Source: a phage | Length of the DNA: 64,000 nucleotides | Sequence record: PZ053912.1 | Reading direction: 5' to 3' (one strand) | Part shown: piece by piece, positions 28,220 through 37,497 of the stretch | Layout of the letters: each line of letters begins with the position of its first letter | Position numbering within the stretch: position 1 is the first letter of the stretch | The notes under the pieces: generated by a model | What the model saw: the letters and a program-made list of their open reading frames with translations, nothing else | Told to the model about the DNA's origin: nothing | The model's database searches: none | Program-made: the position numbers and the translations under genes

Positions 28220-29155
28220 TTATGATTTTAATGCATTCATTGCGTTAAAAAGTTTAGAGTACTGCAACTGGAGCTTGGTAACTACTTGTTGAGCATCACG
28301 AAGCTTAGCTTGTGCTTTGTCAAGTTCAACAGACAGTTGGTCCACAGTGGCTTTGATTTGATTATAATAGTAATCTTCGGCAGGAAGAAGACCGTTAGAG
28401 ATTTCCAGTTTAGTCGACGGTGAAGTGTATATAGATGGAGCAGTAAAATATGCACCTTGAACTTCAGCATTGCCAATTGGGGTTGTAGTAATTGACGCTT
28501 CGAACGTTGCATTTTCCTTTTTAAGATTTTTATAATATTCAGAGTCTTTGTGCCACCATGGCGCAGGAACCTTTTTACCAATAGATACACGAGCCTGGAT
28601 AGCGATATGGCCCTTATTCTTGATAGGGTTGATAATATTAAGCTCACGAGAATAAATTGCTTTAATCTGGTGAATATTATCACCTAACACTTCCAACGCT
28701 TGGTGGAATACACGAGCAACGTTATCATTCTTAGGTTTATACGTAAGAGTGAACTCGTTCTCACTGATAACCATGATTTCTAACTTATCGTAAGTATATT
28801 TCAAATGTTTCATGTTAATTGCTTGAGGACGAATACGAGAAGCAATGGCCATCAGATTGTTAAGGTTATTTCTGAACTGTTTAGCAAAATATTGTCCTTC
28901 ACCGCCAATACAAAAATTACGAAGTTTCTGTTTGGCTAATAAACGGCTGAACTCACCATTTTTAATGAACTCTTTAACGGGTGTGTTAGTAACGCATTCA
29001 AATTGAGTAAACTTACGAGAATTAATCCCATAATATGAACAGATTTCCTCAATCTCTTCAGGAGTCTTTACAGGCATACGGATAGGATTAGGTCCTGGGG
29101 TATATGCGTTCGAGGTAAATTCTTTGATAAGTTCTCTACGTGTAATAGAAGCCAT
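28220..29155 (-). CDS. Hypothetical protein
   Basis: 311 aa ORF. Confidence 0.55.
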   Translation of the reverse strand: MASITRRELIKEFTSNAYTPGPNPIRMPVKTPEEIEEICSYYGINSRKFTQFECVTNTPVKEFIKNGEFSRLLAKQKLRNFCIGGEGQYFAKQFRNNLNNLMAIASRIRPQAINMKHLKYTYDKLEIMVISENEFTLTYKPKNDNVARVFHQALEVLGDNIHQIKAIYSRELNIINPIKNKGHIAIQARVSIGKKVPAPWWHKDSEYYKNLKKENATFEASITTTPIGNAEVQGAYFTAPSIYTSPSTKLEISNGLLPAEDYYYNQIKATVDQLSVELDKAQAKLRDAQQVVTKLQLQYSKLFNAMNALKS

Positions 29156-29181
29156 TTTATATTCCTCATGTTGAAAAATTT

Positions 29182-29210
29182 ATTATACTCCAACCATCCT
29201 TGGTTGTACA
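29182..29210 (-). promoter_or_regulatory. Early promoter (TGTACA-17-TATAAT) with the CAACCA-AGGA-UGGUUG spacer hairpin
   Basis: Seen directly. Confidence 0.5.
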
Positions 29211-30206
29211 TCATTCCTTAAGAAGTTTTACTACCTGAATAAGATTAGCTCGTTCTGTTTTATTTTTACTGTTTAAGCCTGCTAATCGTGAGATTTCATC
29301 GTCAGTCTGTTGAATAGTTACATTAAGTTCGTTAATCAAAGCTTCAAAGTATTTGATTTGCTCAGCATGTTTTGATTCGAATTTCTGAACCGGAATAACG
29401 TCTTGGTTTAGTTCATCAATAAGGTCTTTAAGAGCATCTTCTTGGTTGATATCATATTCAACTTCTTTTATTTCTTCAACGAGCTCGTCTTTATATCTAA
29501 CGTCTTTTAGTCCTGGTGCTGGTCCTGAAATCTCTTCTTTAAGAGTACAAACATATCCAATACGGTATCCAATGCTGTCTCGCTTGATATCAACTTCGTC
29601 GATAAATCCACAATGTTTAAGTCCAGAGCCGATTAGGTCAAAATATCCTTGACGTCGTCCTTCAAACGTTACACGAACTACTAAGACAGTTTTACCTGCG
29701 ACCTTTTGAAGCTCACATTTATAAAAGTCTGTTGAACCTGAATAACGTGGATGAGTTTTAAAGTTCATCTGACGATCTAGGCCCATTTGTAAGCGTGCTG
29801 ATACGGCCATAAAACGTGTTTGATTCTCGTTAAGATGAGCAACAATCCATTTCAAAGGCATTTTACACTGTTCACGACCGAACAAATCAGTACGTCCTAG
29901 ATTACGCAGGATGTTGTTAGAGTTAATCATCGACAGAACGTTAAGTTTATTCAGCGCGCTGAAGATTCCATCGGCCATTGATTTTCCGTAACCTTTACAC
30001 GCTTTAATAAGCGCTCGTGGTAGGTTAGTATAGATTTCAGACGGCATATGAAAATCAAATTTACTAGTCAGTAATTGATGAACTTGGATAGCAATTTGCT
30101 CATAATTAAGTGCTCTGCGATCATTATGGTCTTTAAACCACACTTTAATCTGTGAAGCACATAAACCGTTAATTTCATGTTTTACCGCATCAGATGTAAT
30201 GCTCAT
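29211..30206 (-). CDS. Hypothetical protein
   Basis: 331 aa ORF. Confidence 0.55.
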   Translation of the reverse strand: MSITSDAVKHEINGLCASQIKVWFKDHNDRRALNYEQIAIQVHQLLTSKFDFHMPSEIYTNLPRALIKACKGYGKSMADGIFSALNKLNVLSMINSNNILRNLGRTDLFGREQCKMPLKWIVAHLNENQTRFMAVSARLQMGLDRQMNFKTHPRYSGSTDFYKCELQKVAGKTVLVVRVTFEGRRQGYFDLIGSGLKHCGFIDEVDIKRDSIGYRIGYVCTLKEEISGPAPGLKDVRYKDELVEEIKEVEYDINQEDALKDLIDELNQDVIPVQKFESKHAEQIKYFEALINELNVTIQQTDDEISRLAGLNSKNKTERANLIQVVKLLKE

Positions 30207-30268
30207 AACTATTTCCTCAGATTGAATTGGAACTCAAAACCATTATAACCCGTCCTTGGGTAAAGCGT

Positions 30269-30796
30269 TTATGCGTGAACCGTCTTTAAACGTTCTTCAA
30301 ATTTCCGAAGAGTACTAATACGTTCTGCTTTCTGTTTTGTATAGTTTGCAATACGTTCTGAAGTGAGAGCGTATCGTTCGTTTACTGTTTCTTTCATGAA
30401 GTCAGGGATTTCACGAGAAGCTTTAATTTCATCAAACTTATCGAGTACTGCCTGGTCTTCAGCAATTAAATTTTCGTACATCTCGATATCTTTCTTGATG
30501 AAGTCGATATCTTCCTGGGTTACTTTGGATAAACGAGATGCTTTATCCTTTTTGTACTGCTCGTTAGTTTCACGAGACCAGAATAATGTACGTTTTTTGT
30601 TAGTGTTTTTGTAGACTTCCACAATTCCAACTGAATCGATGATAACAATCCAATTCCAGCGAGATTTGAAAATCTGACCTCCGTCCACGGTAATCTCGTT
30701 ACCATAAGCAACGTCATTAAAGAACTTGCTTTGTGCTTCAGATTTAAATTTACCGTCGTTATAATTTACCAGGTTGAAAATATCTTTAGCGTTCAT
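30269..30796 (-). CDS. Hypothetical protein
   Basis: 175 aa ORF. Confidence 0.55.
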   Translation of the reverse strand: MNAKDIFNLVNYNDGKFKSEAQSKFFNDVAYGNEITVDGGQIFKSRWNWIVIIDSVGIVEVYKNTNKKRTLFWSRETNEQYKKDKASRLSKVTQEDIDFIKKDIEMYENLIAEDQAVLDKFDEIKASREIPDFMKETVNERYALTSERIANYTKQKAERISTLRKFEERLKTVHA

Positions 30797-30823
30797 GTTT
30801 TACCTCCAGTAGTTGATAGGTCT

Positions 30824-30852
30824 ATAATAACATAAACATAGACCTTGTAAAC
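30824..30852 (-). promoter_or_regulatory. Early promoter (GTTTAC-17-TATTAT) with AGGTCTAT/ATAGACCT arms around the -10
   Basis: Seen directly. Confidence 0.45.
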
Positions 30853-30854
30853 AA

Positions 30855-31142
30855 CTAAAAGAAACTTTTTTCGGTATTTTTTCCACTGAACCAAACCGAC
30901 TTCGGGACTTTCTGTAATTTTTCGGATTTAAGTTTCTCTTCCTGTTCTTTCTTATATGCATCCTTGTCGTACTGGAACAACTCTAGGGCATTCTTTTGCA
31001 AACGATCTAAGGTAATTAAGGCTTTAGTTTTTCCTTTCAAGGAAGAGTCCTGGCGAACCTCCTCGCTATATTGCATCGTAGAACTAACCATACGATGAGC
31101 ATAGAGTTCTACTGCGGCTTTAATTTTTTGCATAAAATCCAT
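30855..31142 (-). CDS. Hypothetical protein
   Basis: 95 aa ORF. Confidence 0.45.
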   Translation of the reverse strand: MDFMQKIKAAVELYAHRMVSSTMQYSEEVRQDSSLKGKTKALITLDRLQKNALELFQYDKDAYKKEQEEKLKSEKLQKVPKSVWFSGKNTEKSFF

Positions 31143-31280
31143 AACATATCCTCTTTGATTTGTACATCATTATTTTTAAATATTTCTATGCCCTCAGTAG
31201 GTTCCTGGTGTCCTTATTTGAGGTAAGCCATATGATTATTCATCTTTATGGCTTTTGTTACCTCAGGACTTCCTGTAAGC

Positions 31281-32261
31281 TTATTTCAGTAAAGTTACTT
31301 CAGAGATTTCCTCCCAACCATCTTTATCAGTTGAAATAAAATCTGCTACGTAAAGAGCCGTACGTAATGATACATTGCGAAGACGAGATACGTTAGCCTT
31401 CATCCAGGACAATGCTTTATACGTTTCTGCATCCGTCAGACCACGTTTCTGCATCATGTCAGTAGATAATATTACATCTTCAACTCGAACCATAATCTCT
31501 TCATTAGAGTGTACTCCAAGGTCGAGATACACTGAACGAGATACTAAAGCTTGAAGGTGTGGGGCAAGTTTCGAACCGCGTTCTAACTCTTTATCGATAT
31601 CAACGTTAGTAATGAAAACGATAGTACCTTCAAACTCAAATTCTTTATCAATACCCTTATCATCGAGATAAGATGACGCAGTGCTCCAACAAACTTTGCG
31701 TTTATCTCCAGTATCTAATGCTGCTTTAAGAAGGTTCAAGATGTCCATATCTGAGAATACGTCAACGTCGTCGATTAAGAGAACGCTGTCTGCATCACGG
31801 TTGAGCCAAAGTTGTTCGTAAAGGCCGATACCAGAGATTTTACCATTAATGCTTTTGTATTTGATGAAACCATTATCATTAGCGTTATTAAGTGCTTTAT
31901 CCAGAGAATACGTCTTACCAATACCGGCTGCACCTGAAATAATGAGTGAACGAATTTTGCCATCAATAATGCCATTCGTCATCATGTTCATTACTTTAAA
32001 GCGTTTGTTGATACGAGTTTTCATATCTTCAGTGCTTTCAACAACTGCAACTGGTGACGTCTCAACTCCTTCCATTACGATGTCTGATTTGAAGACCCAT
32101 ACTCCACGTTCAGAACCATCAATCATAACGAAAATTTTGCCATCACCTAAGTGGGAACATTCAGGATTAAGCTTTGCCGGGAACCAGGTCTTTGTGGCAA
32201 CATAAGAACCAGAGATTTCGTTATTACGATAGATACCTTTTTTGATTTGAACGTTGAACAT
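31281..32261 (-). CDS. P-loop ATPase (AAA-like), hypothetical
   Basis: Walker A ISGAAGIGKT and Walker B-like LLIDDVD; start moved to MFNVQIK after GAGGAGAA. Confidence 0.6.
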   Translation of the reverse strand: MFNVQIKKGIYRNNEISGSYVATKTWFPAKLNPECSHLGDGKIFVMIDGSERGVWVFKSDIVMEGVETSPVAVVESTEDMKTRINKRFKVMNMMTNGIIDGKIRSLIISGAAGIGKTYSLDKALNNANDNGFIKYKSINGKISGIGLYEQLWLNRDADSVLLIDDVDVFSDMDILNLLKAALDTGDKRKVCWSTASSYLDDKGIDKEFEFEGTIVFITNVDIDKELERGSKLAPHLQALVSRSVYLDLGVHSNEEIMVRVEDVILSTDMMQKRGLTDAETYKALSWMKANVSRLRNVSLRTALYVADFISTDKDGWEEISEVTLLK

Positions 32262-32289
32262 TTTATTCTCCTCTTGTTTTGATAGGTCT

Positions 32290-32318
32290 ATAATAACATA
32301 TCCTAAAAGCATGTACAC
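32290..32318 (-). promoter_or_regulatory. Early promoter-like element (TGTACA-16/17-TATTAT)
   Basis: Seen directly; lies inside the N-terminal extension of track ORF 31281..32318. Confidence 0.4.
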
Positions 32319-32347
32319 TACTTTTTTAAAAATATTTTAACCCCATA

Positions 32348-32365
32348 AAGGGCCCGAAGGCCCTT
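32348..32365 (-). terminator. Hairpin AAGGGCC-UUCG-GGCCCUU directly after the stop of the 328-aa gene
   Basis: Seen directly; weak U-rich tail. Confidence 0.45.
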
Positions 32366-32366
32366 A

Positions 32367-33353
32367 TCATTTATAGTATGAATTGTGGTTTTCTAAGTAG
32401 ACTTGCTCAAGGAAGTCATCCCAGAAACTCATATCTACTTTTTGTTGCATACCATTCTTGGCAGCTTGTTCTGACGCATGTTCAACTTGGTCAACGATAT
32501 CTTCTAGGAATTCTTGTACAGTTTTAAACGTATGTTTACCAAGCTTAACATCGAGAATAAATGGAGCATCCTGAAGTGGGTAAACCAGGTCGCCGGTTTT
32601 GTAAATTTCCAATAGTTGAAGTCCACCGCGACATGCATGACTCAGTGCTTTCCAGTCAATACCTTCGTTAGCTTCTGCCTTACGAGCACGTTCACCATAG
32701 TTCTCTTCCAGTTTAACCAGGATGGCATTGAACTCTTTATTGGTTAACGTGTCTTGGAATTTACGGTCTAACAGATTATAGAATGTTTGCTTACCTGTTT
32801 TCTCGTTTTCGGTTTCAACCCATGAAGCAAATTCACCTACAGGCAGAACATTCTTCATATGTGATAAACGAATTACTGCACCATTATCAAAGTATTGTCC
32901 CCATTCATTAGAACGTTTAAGGGCTTGACGAAGAACAGCCAGTCGAGAACCCTTGACACCGTATTTAGAAGCTTGCTTACGGACATACCCTAAATAAGAT
33001 TTCATGTTAGTGGTATAGAAACGAGACCTGTTGTCTTGAATATACTTCCATACATCAGGCAAATCGGATTTAACTACTAAACTTGGCGGAGTGTGAAGCA
33101 TATCTAATGCGACAGTTTCACCATCCGCAGCTAGTTTAAAGAAATATTTGAGACTATACAACTCATGGTCCACGTCGTCTTTTGTGTTCTTAGAAGATGT
33201 GTTATTCGTGTTCTTGCTCATGTGTTCTTTAACGTTACCGGTCAAGATATCACGAGCATGAGGGACATAAATTTCTTTAAAATCGACGTCAGATTCAGGA
33301 GTAGACGTTCCATAAAGGTGGCTACCAAAGTAAGCCTTAACAATCGTTTTCAT
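32367..33353 (-). CDS. Nucleotidyltransferase-fold protein (pol-beta superfamily-like)
   Basis: 328 aa; N-terminal GSHLYGTSTPESDVDF resembles the G[SG]...DxD nucleotidyltransferase signature. Confidence 0.5.
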   Translation of the reverse strand: MKTIVKAYFGSHLYGTSTPESDVDFKEIYVPHARDILTGNVKEHMSKNTNNTSSKNTKDDVDHELYSLKYFFKLAADGETVALDMLHTPPSLVVKSDLPDVWKYIQDNRSRFYTTNMKSYLGYVRKQASKYGVKGSRLAVLRQALKRSNEWGQYFDNGAVIRLSHMKNVLPVGEFASWVETENEKTGKQTFYNLLDRKFQDTLTNKEFNAILVKLEENYGERARKAEANEGIDWKALSHACRGGLQLLEIYKTGDLVYPLQDAPFILDVKLGKHTFKTVQEFLEDIVDQVEHASEQAAKNGMQQKVDMSFWDDFLEQVYLENHNSYYK

Positions 33354-33826
33354 TATTTAGCCTTATATTCAAGAGTAGGACAGACTTTTTCTTTACGAGC
33401 TTTAAGGTATTCACCTATTAATGATTTCTTACGTTCAATAGGTTCAAGTCCATTTTTAATTCGTTCTTGGTTTTGCGCAATGAGCTCAATTTCTTTATAA
33501 TATTTTCTGTCGTTATATTTGTCTAACAACCAAGACGGACCAATTACCAACCCGGTAGAAATAAAAGCCATGACTGATACCATTAAAATGCCTACACCAA
33601 TTGAGGCCGGAACTAATGTCCATAGACTGCTAAAAACAAAGAATCTAGTTAAAATTTCCTGACCAATGATTATGACTGCTGCTAAAATCGCAAATCCAAT
33701 AATTGAAACAGACAATACTGGGATTAACGTTTTCCAAAAATAAGCACACAACGTTTTCGGGCGATTCCATGTACTATTGAACGCGGCATAAATTTTAAAG
33801 TGCCAAGAGTTTTCATTGATAATCAT
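33353..33826 (-). CDS. Membrane protein, hypothetical
   Basis: 157 aa; multiple hydrophobic spans. Confidence 0.45.
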   Translation of the reverse strand: MIINENSWHFKIYAAFNSTWNRPKTLCAYFWKTLIPVLSVSIIGFAILAAVIIIGQEILTRFFVFSSLWTLVPASIGVGILMVSVMAFISTGLVIGPSWLLDKYNDRKYYKEIELIAQNQERIKNGLEPIERKKSLIGEYLKARKEKVCPTLEYKAK

Positions 33827-33835
33827 AATAATTCC

Positions 33836-34378
33836 TTATTTCAAAGTCGGGATAATAGAATCAAGATAAGCTTTAAGAGCAACTGCTTCATCTTTGTCTA
33901 ATGTAACGATATGTTGACGAAGGTCATCAATTTGACGAATAACTACGACATCACCATCTTCATACGAAGGATTAACGCCTAGGACTGTTGTATAGTCAGG
34001 GTGGTCCTGATTTGTAATAAAAGCATTACGGCATTTAGCCCATTGAAGTTTGGCCTTTTTGGCTGTTTCAGATTCCATTAATTCTTTCACCTTAGTGACG
34101 AATGTTTTCCAATTATTAATAGAAAAACATTCGTCTTCAGTTTCGATATTAACCCCACTATAAAGTCCATGATAAAAACGAACTTGGAGGTCTTCACCAA
34201 TGTTAATTACAGATGCATGGCCGGGTGGATTGAGTTTCAAAATCTTGTCTAGTTCCATAGGAAGAATAGTAGCAGCATCATCTTCTTGTGTCAGAACATA
34301 CACATAACCGCGTTTTTCGATACATAAATCACCAAACAACTCGGTTGTTTCAATTACAGTTTTCATATTATTCACCAA
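33836..34378 (-). CDS. Hypothetical protein
   Basis: 180 aa ORF. Confidence 0.5.
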   Translation of the reverse strand: MVNNMKTVIETTELFGDLCIEKRGYVYVLTQEDDAATILPMELDKILKLNPPGHASVINIGEDLQVRFYHGLYSGVNIETEDECFSINNWKTFVTKVKELMESETAKKAKLQWAKCRNAFITNQDHPDYTTVLGVNPSYEDGDVVVIRQIDDLRQHIVTLDKDEAVALKAYLDSIIPTLK

Positions 34379-34645
34379 TTAAAGTTTCGACAAAATTCAC
34401 CAAAGCGTTCTGGCAAGCATCAACCTGATTTCTATAAAATTAAATAAGATCCATCAATTTATTAGCTTGTTCACGGGTCATTTTACCATACTCGTTTCAA
34501 TAAGATTCACTATGCCGTTTACCATGTTATAAGTAAACATCGGATAATTGTATTGTACTACAACATAAGCGATAAGCAAAAGTTTCATTTTGTTCTCCAT
34601 TTGTTTTGGTAGGATTACTATATCATAGTCCTACCAAGACGTAAA

Positions 34646-34879
34646 CTACCGATTGTGTTTTAAATGTTGATAAAGTTCTTCAACTTGTTTAGGGTCTAAA
34701 ACAATTAAGTCATTTTCTTGGCGAAGATAAATCCATCCCTTATCCCCAGGGCCATTTTTACAAAACATCACCACCATATCGTCATCTTCAGCGCTTTCAG
34801 GTAAAAGTTCAAGTACGCCGTCTTCAGATTTTCCAGTATAATCGTAAAGCATAATATCCTCACATAATCTCGTTAACAT
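34646..34879 (-). CDS. Hypothetical protein
   Basis: 77 aa ORF. Confidence 0.45.
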   Translation of the reverse strand: MLTRLCEDIMLYDYTGKSEDGVLELLPESAEDDDMVVMFCKNGPGDKGWIYLRQENDLIVLDPKQVEELYQHLKHNR

Positions 34880-35038
34880 ACATTTGCAATTCGGTGTGGG
34901 CTTCGGTCATCTTTTTCATAGCTCTGTTAATGTCGATGTCTCCATCTTCGCAACCATGAGCATTTTCCCAATCGGACACCGCATTAGCGTACTCTTCAAT
35001 CAAAAACATTAACTTAGAAATTTTTTCTTTACGTGTCA
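34860..35038 (-). CDS. Small hypothetical protein; start at MTRKEKISK after GAGGAGAA
   Basis: ORF 34860..35108 trimmed; the upstream part is promoter/hairpin sequence. Confidence 0.45.
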
Positions 35039-35043
35039 TAACG

Positions 35044-35095
35044 TTCTCCTCTAGTAAGTAAGATCTACTATAACACAACCTGAGGAGAAGTAAAC
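35044..35095 (-). promoter_or_regulatory. Early promoter (GTTTAC-17-TATAGT) enclosed by 8-bp arms that pair the SD (GAGGAGAA) with an upstream anti-SD
   Basis: Seen directly; arms at 35044-35051 and 35082-35089, -10 at 35067-35072. Confidence 0.5.
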
Positions 35096-35105
35096 TGATA
35101 GATGC

Positions 35106-35135
35106 CAAAAAGCCCCAACCTTTCGGAAGGGGCTT
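35106..35135 (-). terminator. Rho-independent terminator (GCCCC...GGGGC stem plus U5) after the 185-aa gene
   Basis: Seen directly; near-copies at 35729-35757 and 51369-51396. Confidence 0.6.
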
Positions 35136-35138
35136 TGA

Positions 35139-35696
35139 TTAGTTTTTGTAATATCGTAAAGGGTTAATATGGAATGAAAGCATTGCGCGTGGAATAGGAC
35201 GACTCAAAAGACTCTTAAGTTTCCAACCACAGTAAACACGCAGATAAAATGTAATACCACCAACCTTAAGATAAGGTATAGCAGCGAATAATCCCCATGC
35301 CGACTCGTTCCAAACTAAAAGATATCCATGATGTGCCGGATCAGGAGATCCAGATTTAGTTTCGGCGTTGCCTTTATAGTGCCATTCTGATGAAGCTTCG
35401 CGACCTAAAACATGATACGAAAAATTATATGCTTTGTTGCGCCATAGCCAAGCTACGCGTTGAGCATATTTACCTATAACAGGAATTTTACGTATTTTAG
35501 ACCAACGTTCAACATGGCCGCGGTCACCATCGATAGGATTATCGTAAGTCATCATCCAGTCAAAGCCATAAGGTAGTTTACCGGTTTTTTCACTATGGAA
35601 TGGAACTACAAATGGTGCTAGAATAATTGCTAAAATCGCTGCGATCCAATCTATAGGAACAAGAACAACCCAACTTATGTATTTTAAAAATTTCAT
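35139..35696 (-). CDS. Membrane-anchored hypothetical protein, apparently late-expressed
   Basis: 185 aa; N-terminal transmembrane span; TATAAATA late promoter 25 nt upstream. Confidence 0.55.
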   Translation of the reverse strand: MKFLKYISWVVLVPIDWIAAILAIILAPFVVPFHSEKTGKLPYGFDWMMTYDNPIDGDRGHVERWSKIRKIPVIGKYAQRVAWLWRNKAYNFSYHVLGREASSEWHYKGNAETKSGSPDPAHHGYLLVWNESAWGLFAAIPYLKVGGITFYLRVYCGWKLKSLLSRPIPRAMLSFHINPLRYYKN

Positions 35697-35720
35697 ATAT
35701 CCTCTCTTAGTTTACAAGGA

Positions 35721-35728
35721 TATTTATA
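35721..35728 (-). promoter_or_regulatory. T4-type late promoter TATAAATA
   Basis: Exact consensus on the minus strand, immediately downstream of a terminator and about 25 nt before the ATG at 35696. Confidence 0.6.
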
Positions 35729-35757
35729 CAAAAAAGCCCCAACCATAAGGAAGGGGC
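35729..35757 (-). terminator. Rho-independent terminator (GCCCCUUCC...GGUUGGGGC plus U6)
   Basis: Seen directly; follows the stop of gene 35765..36067. Confidence 0.6.
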
Positions 35758-35764
35758 AGGTAAA

Positions 35765-36067
35765 TTAGATAGATGTAGGCTCTAATTTTATTTTCATGAA
35801 CTCTGCAAATTGTCTGGCAGTTTTTATGCCTTGTTCATGACATTCAAATGCATCATCACAGGGGCTATTTTTGTAATGCTTTGCCATATACTTATAGAAT
35901 TTTTCAGAATTCTCGACATTTTGAATTTCAAACAAAGTATATACGTTTTTAATCCCTGATTCCATAAAGTTGTCAAAATATGGGTCGGTGTACGCAGTAC
36001 CAACGATAGGAGTTGTTGCTGCAAAAAACCCCAGCATCGCCATGACAGCTATCGCTCTTAAGGCCAT
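35765..36067 (-). CDS. Secreted or periplasmic small protein
   Basis: 100 aa; N-terminal signal-peptide-like MALRAIAVMAMLGFFAATTPIVGTA. Confidence 0.5.
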   Translation of the reverse strand: MALRAIAVMAMLGFFAATTPIVGTAYTDPYFDNFMESGIKNVYTLFEIQNVENSEKFYKYMAKHYKNSPCDDAFECHEQGIKTARQFAEFMKIKLEPTSI

Positions 36068-36079
36068 ATAGGCCTCCTG

Positions 36080-36292
36080 TTAATTTTGGCCAGTATTTAT
36101 TTTTCGCCTTTGGACGGCCTTAACATCTGTGAGGTATTTTTCCAGCTTGCGCTTGCGTGTATAATCAGCTTTAGAACCAGTTTGACGGATATCCTCGTTT
36201 AAATGAGAAATAGAATGTCCTAATTCTCTTCGGATTTCATCCAGTTGGGTTACAGTAAGATTACGAAGTTGTCTTTCGTTTAATTGCTGCAT
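36080..36292 (-). CDS. Hypothetical protein
   Basis: 70 aa ORF. Confidence 0.4.
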   Translation of the reverse strand: MQQLNERQLRNLTVTQLDEIRRELGHSISHLNEDIRQTGSKADYTRKRKLEKYLTDVKAVQRRKINTGQN

Positions 36293-36319
36293 ATATACCT
36301 CTTGGTTAGATATTAGTAT

Positions 36320-36901
36320 TTATAACAACCCTGTCAAATCATTCCAATGCTTCCGGCATAATGACACATATCTATCAGTATCACCAATTTCAATTTGACT
36401 GCCATCTGTAATTGGAAGTCCGTCTTCCGTGACTCTAGCTACCATTGTGGCCTTTTTACCACAATGACAGACACCTTTAAGTTCAACAAGCTTATCGGCA
36501 ATAGCCATTAACGCTTGAGAACCTTCAAATAGATTACCTTTAAAATCTGTTCGTAGTCCATATGCCATTACCGGCACATTGTATACGTCAACAATACGAC
36601 TAAGTTGATACACCTTTTCAGTAGTTAAGAATTGAGCTTCGTCAACAAATACACAATGAATATCCTTTTGTGCTGCAGCCCATTTATAGAACTCAAAAAT
36701 ATCCATGTCTTTTGTAATTATATTGGCGTCCTGACGAATACCAATACGAGAGACTATTTCACCTTTTGAATCGCGAGTATCAATAGCCGGTTTAAGAACT
36801 AATACACCCATGCCACGTTCTTTATAGTTATGTGCGGCCGTAAGTAATGAAGCAGACTTACCAGCGTTCATAGCGGCATATGTAAAAATTAAACTAGCCA
36901 T
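36320..36901 (-). CDS. tk: Thymidine kinase
   Basis: 193 aa; Walker A AAMNAGKS; C-terminal Cys pairs CHCG ... LCRKH typical of type II thymidine kinases. Confidence 0.92.
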   Translation of the reverse strand: MASLIFTYAAMNAGKSASLLTAAHNYKERGMGVLVLKPAIDTRDSKGEIVSRIGIRQDANIITKDMDIFEFYKWAAAQKDIHCVFVDEAQFLTTEKVYQLSRIVDVYNVPVMAYGLRTDFKGNLFEGSQALMAIADKLVELKGVCHCGKKATMVARVTEDGLPITDGSQIEIGDTDRYVSLCRKHWNDLTGLL

Positions 36902-37091
36902 AAGAGTCCTTAGTTAAATTTTCTAAATATGTTTCTAAATCATTTTCAGCTTTATCGATAGATTTTACTAATTCGTAGTATGTTTCAGCATCTCCATAAT
37001 CCGAAGCCAATTCAAAAGATAAATCTCGTTCTAAACTAATAATTTCGCTGATTAAAAATCGTATTTCATTCTTTTGTTCGCGAGTAATCAT
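36894..37091 (-). CDS. Hypothetical protein
   Basis: 65 aa ORF. Confidence 0.4.
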   Translation of the reverse strand: MITREQKNEIRFLISEIISLERDLSFELASDYGDAETYYELVKSIDKAENDLETYLENLTKDSYG

Positions 37092-37294
37092 AAGGAATTT
37101 ATATAATCAATAAGTTCTTGTTCTTTATCGTCGAAATCTTTACACAGTTCTTCGTATTCATCGGTATTAAAAGGACCGCATTCATCGCAAACTTTTTCCA
37201 ATTCACTATTTTTATCCATAACTTCGTGAATAAGAGAAAACAGTCTGTCTTTTTGTTCTTTACTTAAACTCATAACCATGTAACCTTTAAGCAA
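37088..37294 (-). CDS. Hypothetical protein
   Basis: 68 aa ORF. Confidence 0.4.
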   Translation of the reverse strand: MLKGYMVMSLSKEQKDRLFSLIHEVMDKNSELEKVCDECGPFNTDEYEELCKDFDDKEQELIDYINSL

Positions 37295-37497
37295 TATTCT
37301 TCTACATGTTGTTTACGACCTTTCTTATCAATAAAGGTATATTCAACGAATGTTCCAATATAGTCTTTATCTACATCATGTGGACTATTAATTGGGCATT
37401 TAGTACGGCAAATACGTTCCCATTGACGAATAATTACTGCCTTATTCTTTGGGTCATATGGATGTGGATAATGTATATTCATAATAATGGTTCCCAA
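37270..37497 (-). CDS. Hypothetical protein
   Basis: 75 aa ORF. Confidence 0.4.
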   Translation of the reverse strand: MGTIIMNIHYPHPYDPKNKAVIIRQWERICRTKCPINSPHDVDKDYIGTFVEYTFIDKKGRKQHVEEYCLKVTWL

